Part shown: positions 26,698 to 38,540 of the stretch, piece after piece
Layout: every line of letters begins with the position of its first letter
How positions within the stretch are numbered: position 1 is the stretch's first letter
Assembly (NCBI RefSeq): GCF_006345805.1
Contig: NC_043011.1
Coordinates: 28,594,464 to 28,658,463, forward strand
Direction of reading: 5' to 3'
Length of the DNA stretch: 64,000 bases
DNA from: Octopus sinensis
Lineage: Eukaryota
Made by a program: the position numbers and the translations under genes
Notes under the pieces: generated by a model
Told to the model about the DNA's origin: nothing
Databases searched by the model: none
What the model saw: only the letters and a program-made list of their open reading frames with translations

Positions 26698-27219
26698 ATG
26701 TATAAATATTAATCTTTTGTCACTTTCGTTCATTTCATACTGTACAACACCATTATAGGAGGAGGGGAAGAGAATGGTAGATTGGGAGGTAAGGAACGAA
26801 TACAGAAGGCGGGGTTGGATAAGGAGGGGTTCGACGAGAAAGGTGAAGAAAAAGTAGAAGGGAAGTTTTTATTCAAACGATCACGTTTGAAAACTGGATG
26901 CAGTCGCAAGTTTAGTAAGGAAGCTCGACAGGTGCCAAATCTTCCCTCAGATCTTTTACTATCATCATAAAAATATCGAAAAAATATTCTAAAATATAAT
27001 TCTGCATACCTACTGTTGTAACTGACTTTTTCTGGCGAAACCATGGAAACTTAATTACCATTTCTGTTTTTCAATTCCTGATACTATCTATCGGTCGCAA
27101 CTGCAACTACAACACCGACTCACACCTGTATTTCAAAATGTCTGCTTTGTCATATTCTGTATCATCTCCCTGACAACTACTTTACTGGGTATGCGTTACT
27201 ATGGTGTGCTCTTTCACGT

Positions 27220-27295
27220 GAACGTTAATTTCACGAGCAGGTTGTTCGGTTTATCAAAACAACTGAAACACTCGTCGTCGTAACCGACGGAGATC
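27220..27295 (+). mobile_element. SINE type C tail fragment
   Basis: Matches the reverse complement of 27714-27785 (aacgttaatttcacgagcagg..cgtcgtcgtaaccgacggag). Confidence 0.65.
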
Positions 27296-27562
27296 CAAGC
27301 CACAACGCCGGTTTTCCGGACATTTCTCGGAATCTCTTATATTATTATGCTTTTTTTTATTATGGCCGGGTTCCAACCGGGGCCGCAGCAACAAAGTCAC
27401 GCCACCACAATTTTCGGTCCATCATCACTGCCTCTGAGTCCTGAATACATTTCATCTCTCTGATAAAAATCCTCTTCCGGCTTCTTTTTATGCTACGAAT
27501 ATGTTTTAGGCGAAAATGTGCAAATCGCTTCAAATGTATAAAGAAAAATCTATCTTCTATCC

Positions 27563-27677
27563 CAGGGATTCTTAACTGAGTTTCGTATGACCACCGAGGG
27601 TCCATATAAGATTATGGGGTGTCCATGGAAGCAAAATGGTAAATTGGATGCCTATGCTAGTGTTTTAAGAATCCATG
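27563..27677. mobile_element. Small MITE with hAT-like termini
   Basis: Terminal inverted repeats CAGGGATTCTTAA / TTAAGAATCCATG (12/13 match). No 8-bp TSD visible. Confidence 0.45.
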
Positions 27678-27705
27678 AAAAGATTTTGCTTTAGAGGTGG
27701 AAGCA

Positions 27706-28082
27706 CTCCGTCGGTTACGACGACGAGGGTTCCGGTTGATCCGAATCAACGGAACAGCCTGCTCGTGAAATTAACGTGTAAGTGGCTGAGCACTTCACAG
27801 ACACGTGTACCCTTAACGTAGTTCTCGGGGATATTCAGCGTGACACAGAGAGTGACAAGACCGGCCCTTTGAAATACAGGTACAACAGAAACAGGAAGTA
27901 AGAGTGAGAGAAAGTTGTGGTGAAAGGGTACAGCAGGGATCACCACCATCCCCTGGCGGAGCCTCGTGGAGCTTTAGGTGTTTTCGATCAATAAACACTC
28001 ACAACGCCCGGTCTGGGAATCGAAACCGCGATCCTATGACCGCGAGTCCGCTGCCCTAACCACTGGGTCATTGCGCCTCCAC
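27706..28082 (-). mobile_element. SINE type C
   Basis: A box (TGACCCAGTGG) and B box (GGTTTCGATTCC) on the minus strand. Head and centre shared with type D; tail differs. Confidence 0.8.
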
Positions 28083-28789
28083 GCATTAGAAGTATTTATT
28101 GCAAGAAACAGCTCAGTTTCTTTCTCAAACATTTTATATAGTTCACCCCAGTGAATGTGTGATGAAAATAATAGGAATTTTAAAAGTATCTATAAAACCA
28201 GTCTTTAAATATCGAATGGCTTTGATGGTCCACCATAATAAAATATTGGTAAAAGATGGATAAGAATCACTGTTCTACCCCCAAATATTTCGTTACACCC
28301 TAAAACAACTCGTAATTAAGAACTTTTGGTTTTTTTTTTGTTTTCATAAATTAATCCGGTTAAAAATTACTTCCTTCGCGAATCTCTCATGAGAATACCT
28401 TTAACAAACGACAACAACAACAACAACAATAGCAATGATGATGATGAAACATAAAAGCAGCGATAAAACTATACACAGACCTAGACACAAAAGTATACAA
28501 ACGGCACTATGCACACAAATATAATATCTATACAATACGCGAATAACCAGTTCCATCTAATAGTAATCTCTCAAGCATGAAATTTCTCGTATATACAGAC
28601 AGATATTTTCTCTCTTGGGTCCCACAGTAATAAGTCCTCATTGTGCACGAACACCACCGTCCTCGCCATCAGAAACCACCACAAACACCAGCAGCAACAA
28701 CAACAAAATGTCAACTAACGAGCAGTACCGCCAGCAACAACACATATATGGGGATGCTTTATCTCATCCTTCTTGATATTATCGTTACT

Positions 28790-28852
28790 GTTGTATGTAT
28801 ACACACACATATATATATGTACATATACATATGTATATATATATACGTATAC

Positions 28853-28885
<33 letters not shown>

Positions 28886-28892
28886 TATACAC

Positions 28893-28946
<54 letters not shown>

Positions 28947-28964
28947 ATATATATATTTATATAC

Positions 28965-29028
<64 letters not shown>

Positions 29029-29160
29029 TAGTTTCAGTTCGAGAACTGCTGCCATGCGATCGTATTATACATATATATATAATATATAATGCATACATAA
29101 ACACACACACACATACACACATGTATATATGTATATGTGTATGTATATATATATATATAT
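28790..29160. repeat. (TA)n array containing a 30-bp LINE/SINE tail remnant (29029-29060, minus)
   Basis: Minus strand gcatggcagCAGTTC-TC-GAACTGaaac resembles the CR1-like tail at 18204-18241. Confidence 0.75.
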
Positions 29161-29161
29161 C

Positions 29162-29983
29162 AACCTTGCAAGAAGGATATGCACAATAGTGTCAGAACAA
29201 AATACCAGGAACTTTAGACTGCAAGAACTCAAAAACACCCTAATTGACAGACATTACCCAGCTCAACTCATAGAGGATGGGATCAGACGTGCAACAGAAA
29301 TCAACATAGAAACTTTAAGAAAAGTTCAACACAACAACACACCTTCCCCGAAAATACTACCTTACATATCTACATACAACCCCAGAAACAAAGAAGCCTT
29401 CACCATCATCACCCAGAATTTACCAATACTTCATAAAAACCCAAAATTAAAGGAAATTCTAAACATACACCAAATCATTAAAAGCTACAAACAGCCTAAA
29501 TCACTTAAAAAGATTCTCACAAAGGCAAAATTGTCTTCTAAAATTACGGATGCAAAAGTTAAAAAATGTGGTAGATCGAACTGTGCAACATGTCCTAACC
29601 TATTGGAAGGATCAGAATTCTTCTTTAAAGAGGGACAGAAATTTAAGATCAAATCTAACTTTACTTGTGCCTCTGAAAACATAATTTATGTTATTAAATG
29701 CTCGGGCTGCCACCAAGACTACGTGGGTTCCACGGGACTATCACTCAGGCGCAGATGCACACTGCATCGACAACAGATTGCATTCCCAGAATATAGAATG
29801 ATACCTTTTAGTGAGCACATCGAGAAATGCGCAAAGCAACTACTGCCACAATTTTTAATCTTCCCATTTTACCAATGTGCTTTCGGATCATCAACACAAA
29901 TGAGACTGAACAAGGAAACATTCTTCATTGAAAAGTACAAACCCAGACTCAACCATCCGAACATACTGACACAGAGAAATTAA
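29162..29983 (+). CDS. PLE polyprotein C-terminus (thumb, CxxxxCxxC linker, GIY-YIG endonuclease), partial
   Basis: [83 protein letters not shown]. No stop codon. The ORF-track start is microsatellite. Confidence 0.88.
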   Translation, partial: NLARRICTIVSEQNTRNFRLQELKNTLIDRHYPAQLIEDGIRRATEINIETLRKVQHNNTPSPKILPYISTYNPRNKEAFTIITQNLPILHKNPKLKEILNIHQIIKSYKQPKSLKKILTKAKLSSKITDAKVKKCGRSNCATCPNLLEGSEFFFKEGQKFKIKSNFTCASENIIYVIKCSGCHQDYVGSTGLSLRRRCTLHRQQIAFPEYRMIPFSEHIEKCAKQLLPQFLIFPFYQCAFGSSTQMRLNKETFFIEKYKPRLNHPNILTQRN

Positions 29984-30119
29984 CAAGGAAATGGGAAAAA
30001 AAATTTTTAAGCGATTATCTCCCCTACACCGGAAAAAATCACTCACTACCTCCCCTTATTTAGAAATCTCCTGGAAATAAAAACAACGATAATTCCATAC
30101 AATATAAACATAACGTCAC

Positions 30120-30159
30120 AAGAAATTTGAAAAGCTACACGCGAAACCGGTAATTTCTT
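30120..30159 (+). ncRNA. Minimal type I hammerhead, U3-A8 core
   Basis: AAGAAAU-UUGAAAA-GC(UACAC)GC-GAAA-CCGG-UA-AUUUCUU: perfect 7-bp stem I, palindrome ACCGGU, GUA triplet. Confidence 0.8.
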
Positions 30160-30291
30160 TAAAAATTTTAAAATTATGTCATTTTAAGGAAAGGAAAAAA
30201 ATTTTTCCAATATTCTCCAGACATTTTGACACAAATATATATATTTTTTAACATTTAAGCCTTCTGTCGTTTTTTCACACTTTACTATTTT

Positions 30292-30336
<45 letters not shown>

Positions 30337-30356
30337 GTATATATATATATATATAT

Positions 30357-31067
30357 GGATACCCCCTCACCACTATCCACACCGCCCTTGCCAGAGCACG
30401 GTCCGTGGACCGTGTATCTGCTCTCTCTCCCCGAACCCGCCCTGTAATCTCCCGCCTCCCTTTTCCCCTCACTTACCACCCCACGACCCTACGTCTCCAA
30501 CGCACCATTCTTCGAGCTTTCCGTCATCTCCAGTCCGACCCGTCCACTTCACACCTCTTCCCTAACCGACCCCTCCCCTCTTTCAAACGAGCCCACAACC
30601 TTCGAGACCTTTTGGTACATAGCTCCTTCCCTGACCCTACCTCCCAACCCGGCTCGTTCCCCTGCTCCCGCCCACGTTGCCGCACTTGCCCTTACCTCTC
30701 CAACACCACCCGCCTCACTAGCACCCACCATCGACCCTATCCCATCATCCACTCCTTCACCTGCACCTCCAGCAATATTATCTATTGCATCTCTTGCTCT
30801 CTCTGCAATTCCTTGTACATCGGACAAACGGGACGCCGCTTGGCTGACCGGTTCGCGGAACACCTTCGTGACATCCACCTTGCGAACGACACACCGGTCT
30901 CACGCCATTTCCGCTCCACCGGTCACTCCTTGCAACACCTATCTGTGTTCGGTTTGTCCTTACACAGAGGCCATCCGGATTCCCGTTTGCGCCGTGAACA
31001 GGAATTAATCTTCTCTCTTCGCTCTTATACGCCATTTGGTCTCAACTCTCCCCCCCTCCTCATCTAA
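30357..31067 (+). CDS. PLE polyprotein C-terminus (GIY-YIG endonuclease), partial
   Basis: GYPLTTIHTAL, PFPLTYHP, SFKRAHNLRDLLVHS, CSRPRCRTC, FTCTSSNIIYCISCSLCNSLYIGQTGRRLADRFAEH, VSRHF, PFGLN. Confidence 0.9.
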   Translation, partial: GYPLTTIHTALARARSVDRVSALSPRTRPVISRLPFPLTYHPTTLRLQRTILRAFRHLQSDPSTSHLFPNRPLPSFKRAHNLRDLLVHSSFPDPTSQPGSFPCSRPRCRTCPYLSNTTRLTSTHHRPYPIIHSFTCTSSNIIYCISCSLCNSLYIGQTGRRLADRFAEHLRDIHLANDTPVSRHFRSTGHSLQHLSVFGLSLHRGHPDSRLRREQELIFSLRSYTPFGLNSPPLLI

Positions 31068-31684
31068 CCCCCCTCTCCCACCTCCTCACCTATCCTTTCT
31101 CCCCCCGACCCCTACTTCTTCAGTCCTTCATCCTTTCACCCCTACTCGCCTTCCCTTCTTCCCTCTTTCTCCCTCCCTCTTCCCCTTCCTTCTCCCCCTT
31201 CCTCTCCTCTTCCCCTTCCTCTGCTCCCTCACTCCCTCTCTCCCCCTCTCCCTCTTTCCTCCTTCATCCCCCTCCTCCCCTTCCTTCTCCCCCTTCCTCT
31301 CCTCTTCCCTCTTCTCCTCCCCCTCTTCTTCCCCTCCCCTTCTCTCCCCCCTCTTCCCCCTCCCCCTCTTCTCCCCCTCCCCCTCTTCTCCTCACTACAC
31401 CACATGACTTTACACATCACATCACATATGATGTGCCATACTAATACACACACCAACTAATACATACTAATACGTACTAATACATACTAGTACATACTAA
31501 TACTTACACCAACCCTATACATACACACGTCCAGACCCCGCATACGCACTTATACTCTCTCTCACACACACACACACATACCTATACATACCAATACGTA
31601 CTAATACATACTAATACATACTAATACATACACCAACCCCATACATACGCATGTCCAGACCAATCTTACGCACTAATACTCTCT

Positions 31685-31729
<45 letters not shown>

Positions 31730-31962
31730 ATACATACTAATACATACACCAACCCTATACATACACACATCCAGACCCCTCCCACGCACTTTTAGCTGGT
31801 CCCTCAACCCATTTATCAACCCTATTATCTCCCCTTATTTCGCTCTCGCATCTCATGTTTGATCTTTGACCTCTGGCCGAAATCAGATCGCCATGTTGAT
31901 TCGTTAGCTACTGCACGCATTTTTTTTCTCTCCTTCTTTCTGTGTTTTTCTCTATCTGTGTA

Positions 31963-32000
31963 TCTTTCTGTTGAAGAGCGTAGGCTCGAAACGTTAAAGA
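31963..32000 (+). ncRNA. Minimal type I hammerhead-like motif, A6U variant
   Basis: UCUUU-CUGUUGA-A-GAG(CGUAGG)CUC-GAAA-CG-UU-AAAGA; same core in three copies. Confidence 0.65.
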
Positions 32001-32144
32001 CTTGTTTTATTTATATTTCCTGAGCGCCATACTAATACAATTGTTCGTTTGTTTTCCACCTGCCTTCGTCTTTTGTTTATTTTCATAAAGCTTCCCGTTA
32101 TATATATATATTATATATATATATATATACATACATATATATAT

Positions 32145-32201
<57 letters not shown>

Positions 32202-32404
32202 CAACAATGATATCATCAGCAAGAATGTGGTAAAACATGCACAGTAGTCACAAATATTGTTATTGTAATGGAGCCACCATCGTACGTCTATGTCTATTCC
32301 TACTGCTGTTGCTGTTAAAGTTGTTTCTGTTACTGCCGTACTGGTTATGTCTGTGTATCAACTATGGTAGCCGATTTGATAGCGCTTTCGCAAAGATCAC
32401 GACT

Positions 32405-32429
32405 ACAAATAATAATAATAATGATGATG

Positions 32430-32471
<42 letters not shown>

Positions 32472-32567
32472 TAATAATAATAATAATAATAATAATGAGG
32501 ATGATGATAATAATAATGATAATAATAATGATAATAATAATAATAAATAATAATAATGAGGATGATG

Positions 32568-32630
<63 letters not shown>

Positions 32631-32695
32631 TAATAATAATAATGATAATAATAATAATAATGATAATAATAATAATAATGATAATAATAATGATG

Positions 32696-32741
<46 letters not shown>

Positions 32742-32770
32742 TGATGATGATAATAATAATGATGATAATA

Positions 32771-32801
<31 letters not shown>

Positions 32802-32815
32802 TAATAATTATAATG

Positions 32816-32854
<39 letters not shown>

Positions 32855-32880
32855 TAATAATAATAATAATAATAATAATT
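32405..32880. repeat. About 475-bp (AAT)n/(GAT)n array
   Basis: Direct reading. Confidence 0.95.
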
Positions 32881-33289
32881 TTGACACTACTACTACTACT
32901 ACTGCTGCCACCTCAACTAATATTACTAGCAACATCAAAAGCAACAGCAACAGCATCAATAATGTTTTTTTTTATAATTTAGGCACACTGCCAGGTGCTT
33001 TCAAAGAATGAAGTTAGTTGATTATATGGAGCAAGTAATTGACCAGAGCCTTAGTCTATATCTACTCTGGAGGTATGAGAGAAAACGTTGGCCTCAGTTG
33101 GATTTGATCACAGAGCATAAACGACGGAAACAAATACAGTAGGGGATTGTTTTTTCCAGTTCTGTAACTATTCCGCTAGATCGACACATTAAATTGTTTG
33201 TATTTTGGAAACAGGACCAGCAATTTCGATGGAAAAGGCTATTCAACTCCATCGATTCAAGGATTTGTCTTGTTACTCTATTTTAGTTT

Positions 33290-33810
33290 ATCAACCCCAG
33301 AAGGATGAAAGGCACAGTTCACCTCGACGCGTTTGAACTCGGAACGTAGAGTTAGAAGATAATTTGTCTGTCACTTAGACAATTCTGCCTGTTCGCCTCC
33401 CTTTTAATAATGGTTTCAAATTTAGGCACAAAACCAGTAATGTTATGGAAGCAGTAAGTCGATTATATCGACCCCGAAATAATGAAAGGCGAAATCGACC
33501 TAGACGGAATTTGAACGCAGACCGTAAAAGAACTGCCGCTAAGAATTTGCTCGGCTTGCTAACGATTGTGCCAACTCGCCGCCTTCTTCTTCCTTTTGAT
33601 AAGGGTTTCTCATTTAGGTACAAGACAAGAATTTCAAAGGAGGGAGTGAATCAATTAGGTCAACAGCAGGGTTCAACTGATACTTATTTTATCGACTTCG
33701 TAAGAATGAACTACCAATTCGACACGGCTAAATTTGAACTCAGACGGTCAGGGTCGGGGATGCTGTTAATCATTTTTTCCAAAGCGCTAACGATTCTGTC
33801 ATCTCCCTGC
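33290..33810 (-). mobile_element. Degenerate SINE type E copies
   Basis: Recognisable aaggatgaaaggc, atttgaac and ctaacgatt blocks, three times. Confidence 0.65.
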
Positions 33811-34031
33811 CTTTTAATCCTCTTTAGTAATAATATTTTCTTACATAAGGTGCACAACCAGAAATTGAACGATAGGAAAAAGTCTGAGTTGGTATTTTCA
33901 ACGGATATATTGGACAACAATACGGAGGATATTCCAATGCGTATAGGTACTATTTTAAGGGTAGACAAAACGAAGAGGGATCGATACTCTTTACGTTCTA
34001 TGATTTAAATGACCTAACTATTCGCAACATT

Positions 34032-34337
34032 GTTTGTTCCTTGTCGAGCCATGCCTGGCTCATAAGAGCCGGTCTCCCGGTTTCCTTGGCATATAGGTTC
34101 TCCACCTGGACGGGACGCCGGTTCGTCGCAGGTGAGCTGCAAGATGCAGGAGGAAAGAACGAGAGAAAGTTGTGGCGAAAGAGTCAGCAGAATTTCGCCA
34201 TTACCTGCTGCCAGAACCGCGTTGAGCTTATGTGTTTCGCTCATAAACACACACATCACCCGGTCTGAGATTCGAACCCGCGATCCCTCGACCGCGACTC
34301 CGCTGCTCAAACCACTAGGCCATGCGCCTCCACATTT
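34032..34337 (-). mobile_element. SINE type D, full length
   Basis: A/B boxes on the minus strand. TSD GCAACATT at 34024-34031 and 34338-34345. Homologous to 56464-56762. Confidence 0.88.
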
Positions 34338-35259
34338 GCAACATTAACTTCAGGAAACCAGTCAGCTACCTGATCACCCAGCATGCAGGTGAACAGGATA
34401 GGCAGATGTTTGTTAATGCTAAATTATTTTCTCATCGTTGAATGTGCCACTGTACTCATCAATATAGAGTTGTGATTAGCGTCATCAGAGTTGGAGTGTG
34501 AAAATTAAGTTACGGTTGGTAATTATTATAAAATCAATTGACATTTAGATAAAGCTATTTGGATAATACGGAAGATACCGATGTGCCAAGATGATTGACT
34601 TAATATTAAAACACGGTCACACATACACACATACACATCACACACACACACACACAGAGTCATATTGATATAAACATTGAAATACGGCTTGACATATATT
34701 TATAGCGATAGAATATTTTTAAAACCCGGCGAAGATGCAAATTTCAAATATACACAAATAATCTGACAAAAATTTTGCTTCGGATTAATTTCAGGTAGTT
34801 ATAGTGTTCCGAAGAGAGTTTGAAATAGATGCGCACATCTTTATATTGATCCTTCCCATTTCGTGCATTCATACTATATGCGCGTGTCTGTGTCTGTGTA
34901 CGATGATGCACCCTTATATAAAGTGCACACGCACGCACACACACAGAAGCACGCACCCGCGCACACTCGCGCGCGCATGCGCGCGCACACACTCACATGT
35001 ATTTATATATATACTTTATTTGTGGTTAAGGCTACCATTGTTTCATGCTAAGGACGTTCTTAGCAATTATCAAACCTATCATACGGAATAGCATTATTTG
35101 TCACCACTTTATATTAATCTATGCTCCAATGTTTCATGTAAAAGGTTCGATCATTTTTGAGAACTTCCTTTATATGAAACCAATCGTAGCCTTAATCGAC
35201 AAAAAACTTTATCAACCAATGCAGTGATGAGCATTCATTCTCATTGTACTCCCTCGGGC

Positions 35260-35304
<45 letters not shown>

Positions 35305-35307
<3 letters not shown>

Positions 35308-35520
35308 CGGGAAGCTTTATGAAAATAAACAAAAGACGAAAGCAGGTGGAGTACAAACAAACAATTGTATTAGTATGGCGCTCAGGAATACAAATAAAAC
35401 AAGTCTTTTACGTTTCGAGCCTACGCTCTTCAACAGAAAGATACACAGAAAAGAAACACGGAGAGAAACAAGGAGAGAAAAAAAATGCGTGCAGTAGCTA
35501 GCGATTCAACATGGCGAGCT
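35305..35520 (-). mobile_element. Solo terminal repeat of PLE family B
   Basis: Reverse complement matches 31885-32099; 3' end runs into (TA)n. Confidence 0.88.
35404..35441 (-). ncRNA. Minimal hammerhead-like motif, A6U variant (GUA triplet)
   Basis: Same fold as 31963-32000; position 17 is A instead of U. Confidence 0.6.
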
Positions 35521-35619
35521 GAAGAATCTCGCTTTAGTTTCAATGATAACTGTTCATTTGTCCTATGAACTACTCGAAAATTGAAATGCCGTGTCTTCTA
35601 CAGACTAGATGTGATGGAC

Positions 35620-36705
35620 TCTTCTACCTTGGCAGTGCTCTCACTGGAGATTAATTCCTTAATTCTGAAATAAATCTGAGGATGGAAAAAACCAGTAAAG
35701 CCTTAGGAAGAATCGGGAATTTGTATGAAATATGAGAGATGCAGCACCGTTAGAACCAAGTTCAGTGTTCGTTAATCGTGTCTCTTATCTTCCTTTTCAT
35801 ACTCTTCTGAGACGCGGATAGTATTATCGTAGTCACATCAAATCATTGGAGAGACTGGATTGAAGTTGGCTCAAGAAGATCTTAAAGGCGCAGGAGTGGC
35901 TGTGTGGTAAGTAGCTTGCTTACCAACCACATGGTTCCGAGTTCATTCCCACTGCGTGGCACCTTGGGCAAGTGTCTTCTACTACAACCTCGGGCCGACC
36001 AAAGCCTTGTGAGTGGATTTGGTAGACGGAAACTGAAAGAAGCCCGTCGTATATATGAATATATATGTATGTGTGTGTATATGTTTGTGTGTCTATGTTT
36101 GTCCCCCTAGCATCGCTTGTCAACCGATAGTGGTGTGTTTACGTCCCCGTAACTTAGCGGTTCGGCAAATGTGACCGATAGAATAAGTACTAGGCTTCCA
36201 AAGAATAAGTTCTGGAGTCGATTTGCTCTACTAAAGGCGGTGCTCCAGCATGACCGCAGTCAAATGACTGAAACAAGTAAAAGAGTAAAAGAGTAAACAT
36301 CATATGATGATAGCGAGAGTTGCAACGTGGTAAATGTTCAAGACATAAACCTAAGAAAGGTTTTAGGGATGTCGTCAAAAACAACTTTACGTATTCTAGT
36401 GTTGATGTTGAAGACAGGGAACTGATGATGGAAGATCGATCGGTTTGAAACAAAGTGGCCGATGATTGCTGTAGAGCATTTGAAACGTGGAGGATCGAAC
36501 ATTCAATCTTAAAACGAGCACTTTGTAAACAGGACATGACCTCAGTCCCAAACACGCTTTGGCCTAAGCATGCTGGTAACGTCTGCAGTAAGGTTTGTTT
36601 GTCCAAAGCCGAACTTGCAAATAACGATGGCATTCACGACGGCATTCACTAACTCAAAAGATGGTCTTCTGTAAAAAGTAGCAATCGCCAAGTATATGTA
36701 TGAAC
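35620..36705 (+). mobile_element. Old RTE-clade LINE remnant interrupted by SINE A
   Basis: FYLGSAL..EINLRMEKTSKALGR..YSSET..HIKSLERL..LKKIL before the [45 protein letters not shown] after it. Confidence 0.72.
35887..36295 (+). mobile_element. SINE type A, full length
   Basis: Head GGCGCAGGAGTGGCTGTGTGGTAAG, B-box-like GAGTTCATTCCC, tail with (GTAAAAGA)n. Confidence 0.93.
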
Positions 36706-36956
<251 letters not shown>

Positions 36957-37049
36957 GTATTATTTGTTGCAGGGTATCTGTCACAACAGCGTGACAAGTA
37001 AATCTCAAATAAGGAATATTATTTACTTGATTGGAATCGTTAAAACATC

Positions 37050-37520
37050 AGAAAAAATGTCTTGCAATATTTGTCCCAACTCTGAAGGCTTTCATCCTCT
37101 CGATCGATTAAGTAAGTACCAGTTACTCACTGGGGTCGATATAATCGACTTAATCCGTTTGTCTGTCCTTGTTTGTCCTCTCTGTGTTTAGCCCCTTGTA
37201 GATAGTAAAGAAATAGGTATTTCCTTTGTCTTTACGTTCTGAGTTCAAATTCCGCCGAGGTCGACTTTGCCTTTCATCCTTTCGGGGTCGATAAATTAAA
37301 TACCAGTTGAGCACTGAGGTCGATCTAATCGACTGCGCCCCTCCCCAAAAATGTCGGACATTGTACCTAGAGTAGAAAAGAATATTTGTCCTAGCTCTTT
37401 ACATTCTAAGTTCAAATCCTGCCGTGGTAAACTTCTTTGTTGACATCCTTTCGGGGTACATAAAAGTACTAGTCTAGCAGTGAGACTGATGTTGACTAAC
37501 TTTCAGCCCTTGTGCTTATA
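37050..37520 (+). mobile_element. SINE type E multimer
   Basis: Two or three tandem modules with the same junction (gaaata-ggtatttc) as at 26.4 kb. Confidence 0.8.
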
Positions 37521-38139
37521 CTAGAAACAATTATTTACTTGATGTAATTATTATTGAAGATGCAAAAGATTAAAAAAAAACATCGTTGTTTAAGCTACTC
37601 CCACTTTCTTTTGATGGAATTAAAAACAATTTTAAGGAAGGTCTAATTTCTGTGATAAATCGATTAGGAAAATTAAAATAGGTTTTAAGTTTTTAGGTTA
37701 ATAAAGGGAAAAGTATTGAAAAGGGTTTCATAAACAGGATTGGAAGTGAACCTCTAGCCCCGTTATTTATTTTAGAGAATTTTCTTTTTCGATTGGAAAA
37801 GAATGTAGTTTACAGGGTTCAAAACTTGTTATTAAACTGCTATTACACACACACACACACACGTGTGTGTGTAACACAATCCACAACTGAAGTTACAGAA
37901 ACAGTTATTAGATAGTTTTTGAGGAAGAAGGCAGACCATTGGCTAGTTGTTGCTAGGATGCAATCAGAGACTTTGTCAATTCCAGCTGGGTTAGTTTGTG
38001 AAGGAGATCTGATGGTGAAAGAACCGGAACTCCTTATTGCTACAGGAATATCTCTAATTTTATGTTCAGAACATCCGTGTGATAATTTTTACCATTTATC
38101 ACATTTTTTGTACTATAGAGAGAAGGCCTGAAATTTTGT

Positions 38140-38540
38140 GGGAGGAGGCTAATTCTGTTACATCAACCTTTAGTGCTCAACTGTTACATATTTTATCAGT
38201 CACGTAAGGTTGAAAGGCAAAATTTGACCCCAGAATGTAAAGCCGAAAGAATTTCTGCGAAGCATTTTGTCCAACATGCAAACGATTGTGCCAACACACA
38301 GCCGTCCTACCATCTACTATATCAAATTTATATCATAATACAATAAAATGCGACAAGCTGACTTAATGACTACATGTCGGAAAAATACTTCGCAGCAATC
38401 CTTTCGACTATTTACGTTCTAAGTTCAAATACCTCCTATCGATCCTTTAGGGATCGATAAAATAAGTACTAGTTGAGTACTGGAATCGATATAAGCGACT
38501 GCCATATTCGCTTCAAAATTGCTGGCCTTGTGCGAAAATT
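38140..38540. mobile_element. Two degenerate SINE E copies in opposite orientation
   Basis: Partial matches to the E modules. Confidence 0.5.

Larger units (their letters stand above)
29161..30290 (+). mobile_element. 5'-truncated PLE, family A (Cys-linker type, Neptune-like)
   Basis: ORF plus 3' UTR with a hammerhead; (TA)n on both sides. Confidence 0.9.
30357..32099 (+). mobile_element. 5'-truncated PLE, family B (C-rich), with long repetitive 3' UTR and terminal repeat
   Basis: ORF, polypyrimidine tract, tandem UTR repeats and a terminal repeat with hammerhead; (TA)n on both sides. Second copy at 58394-59816. Confidence 0.92.

Noticed and set aside
26730-27044. Minus ORF weakly like a Jockey/CR1 RT C-terminus
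   Set aside because: The diagnostic WNxLP and related motifs are absent.
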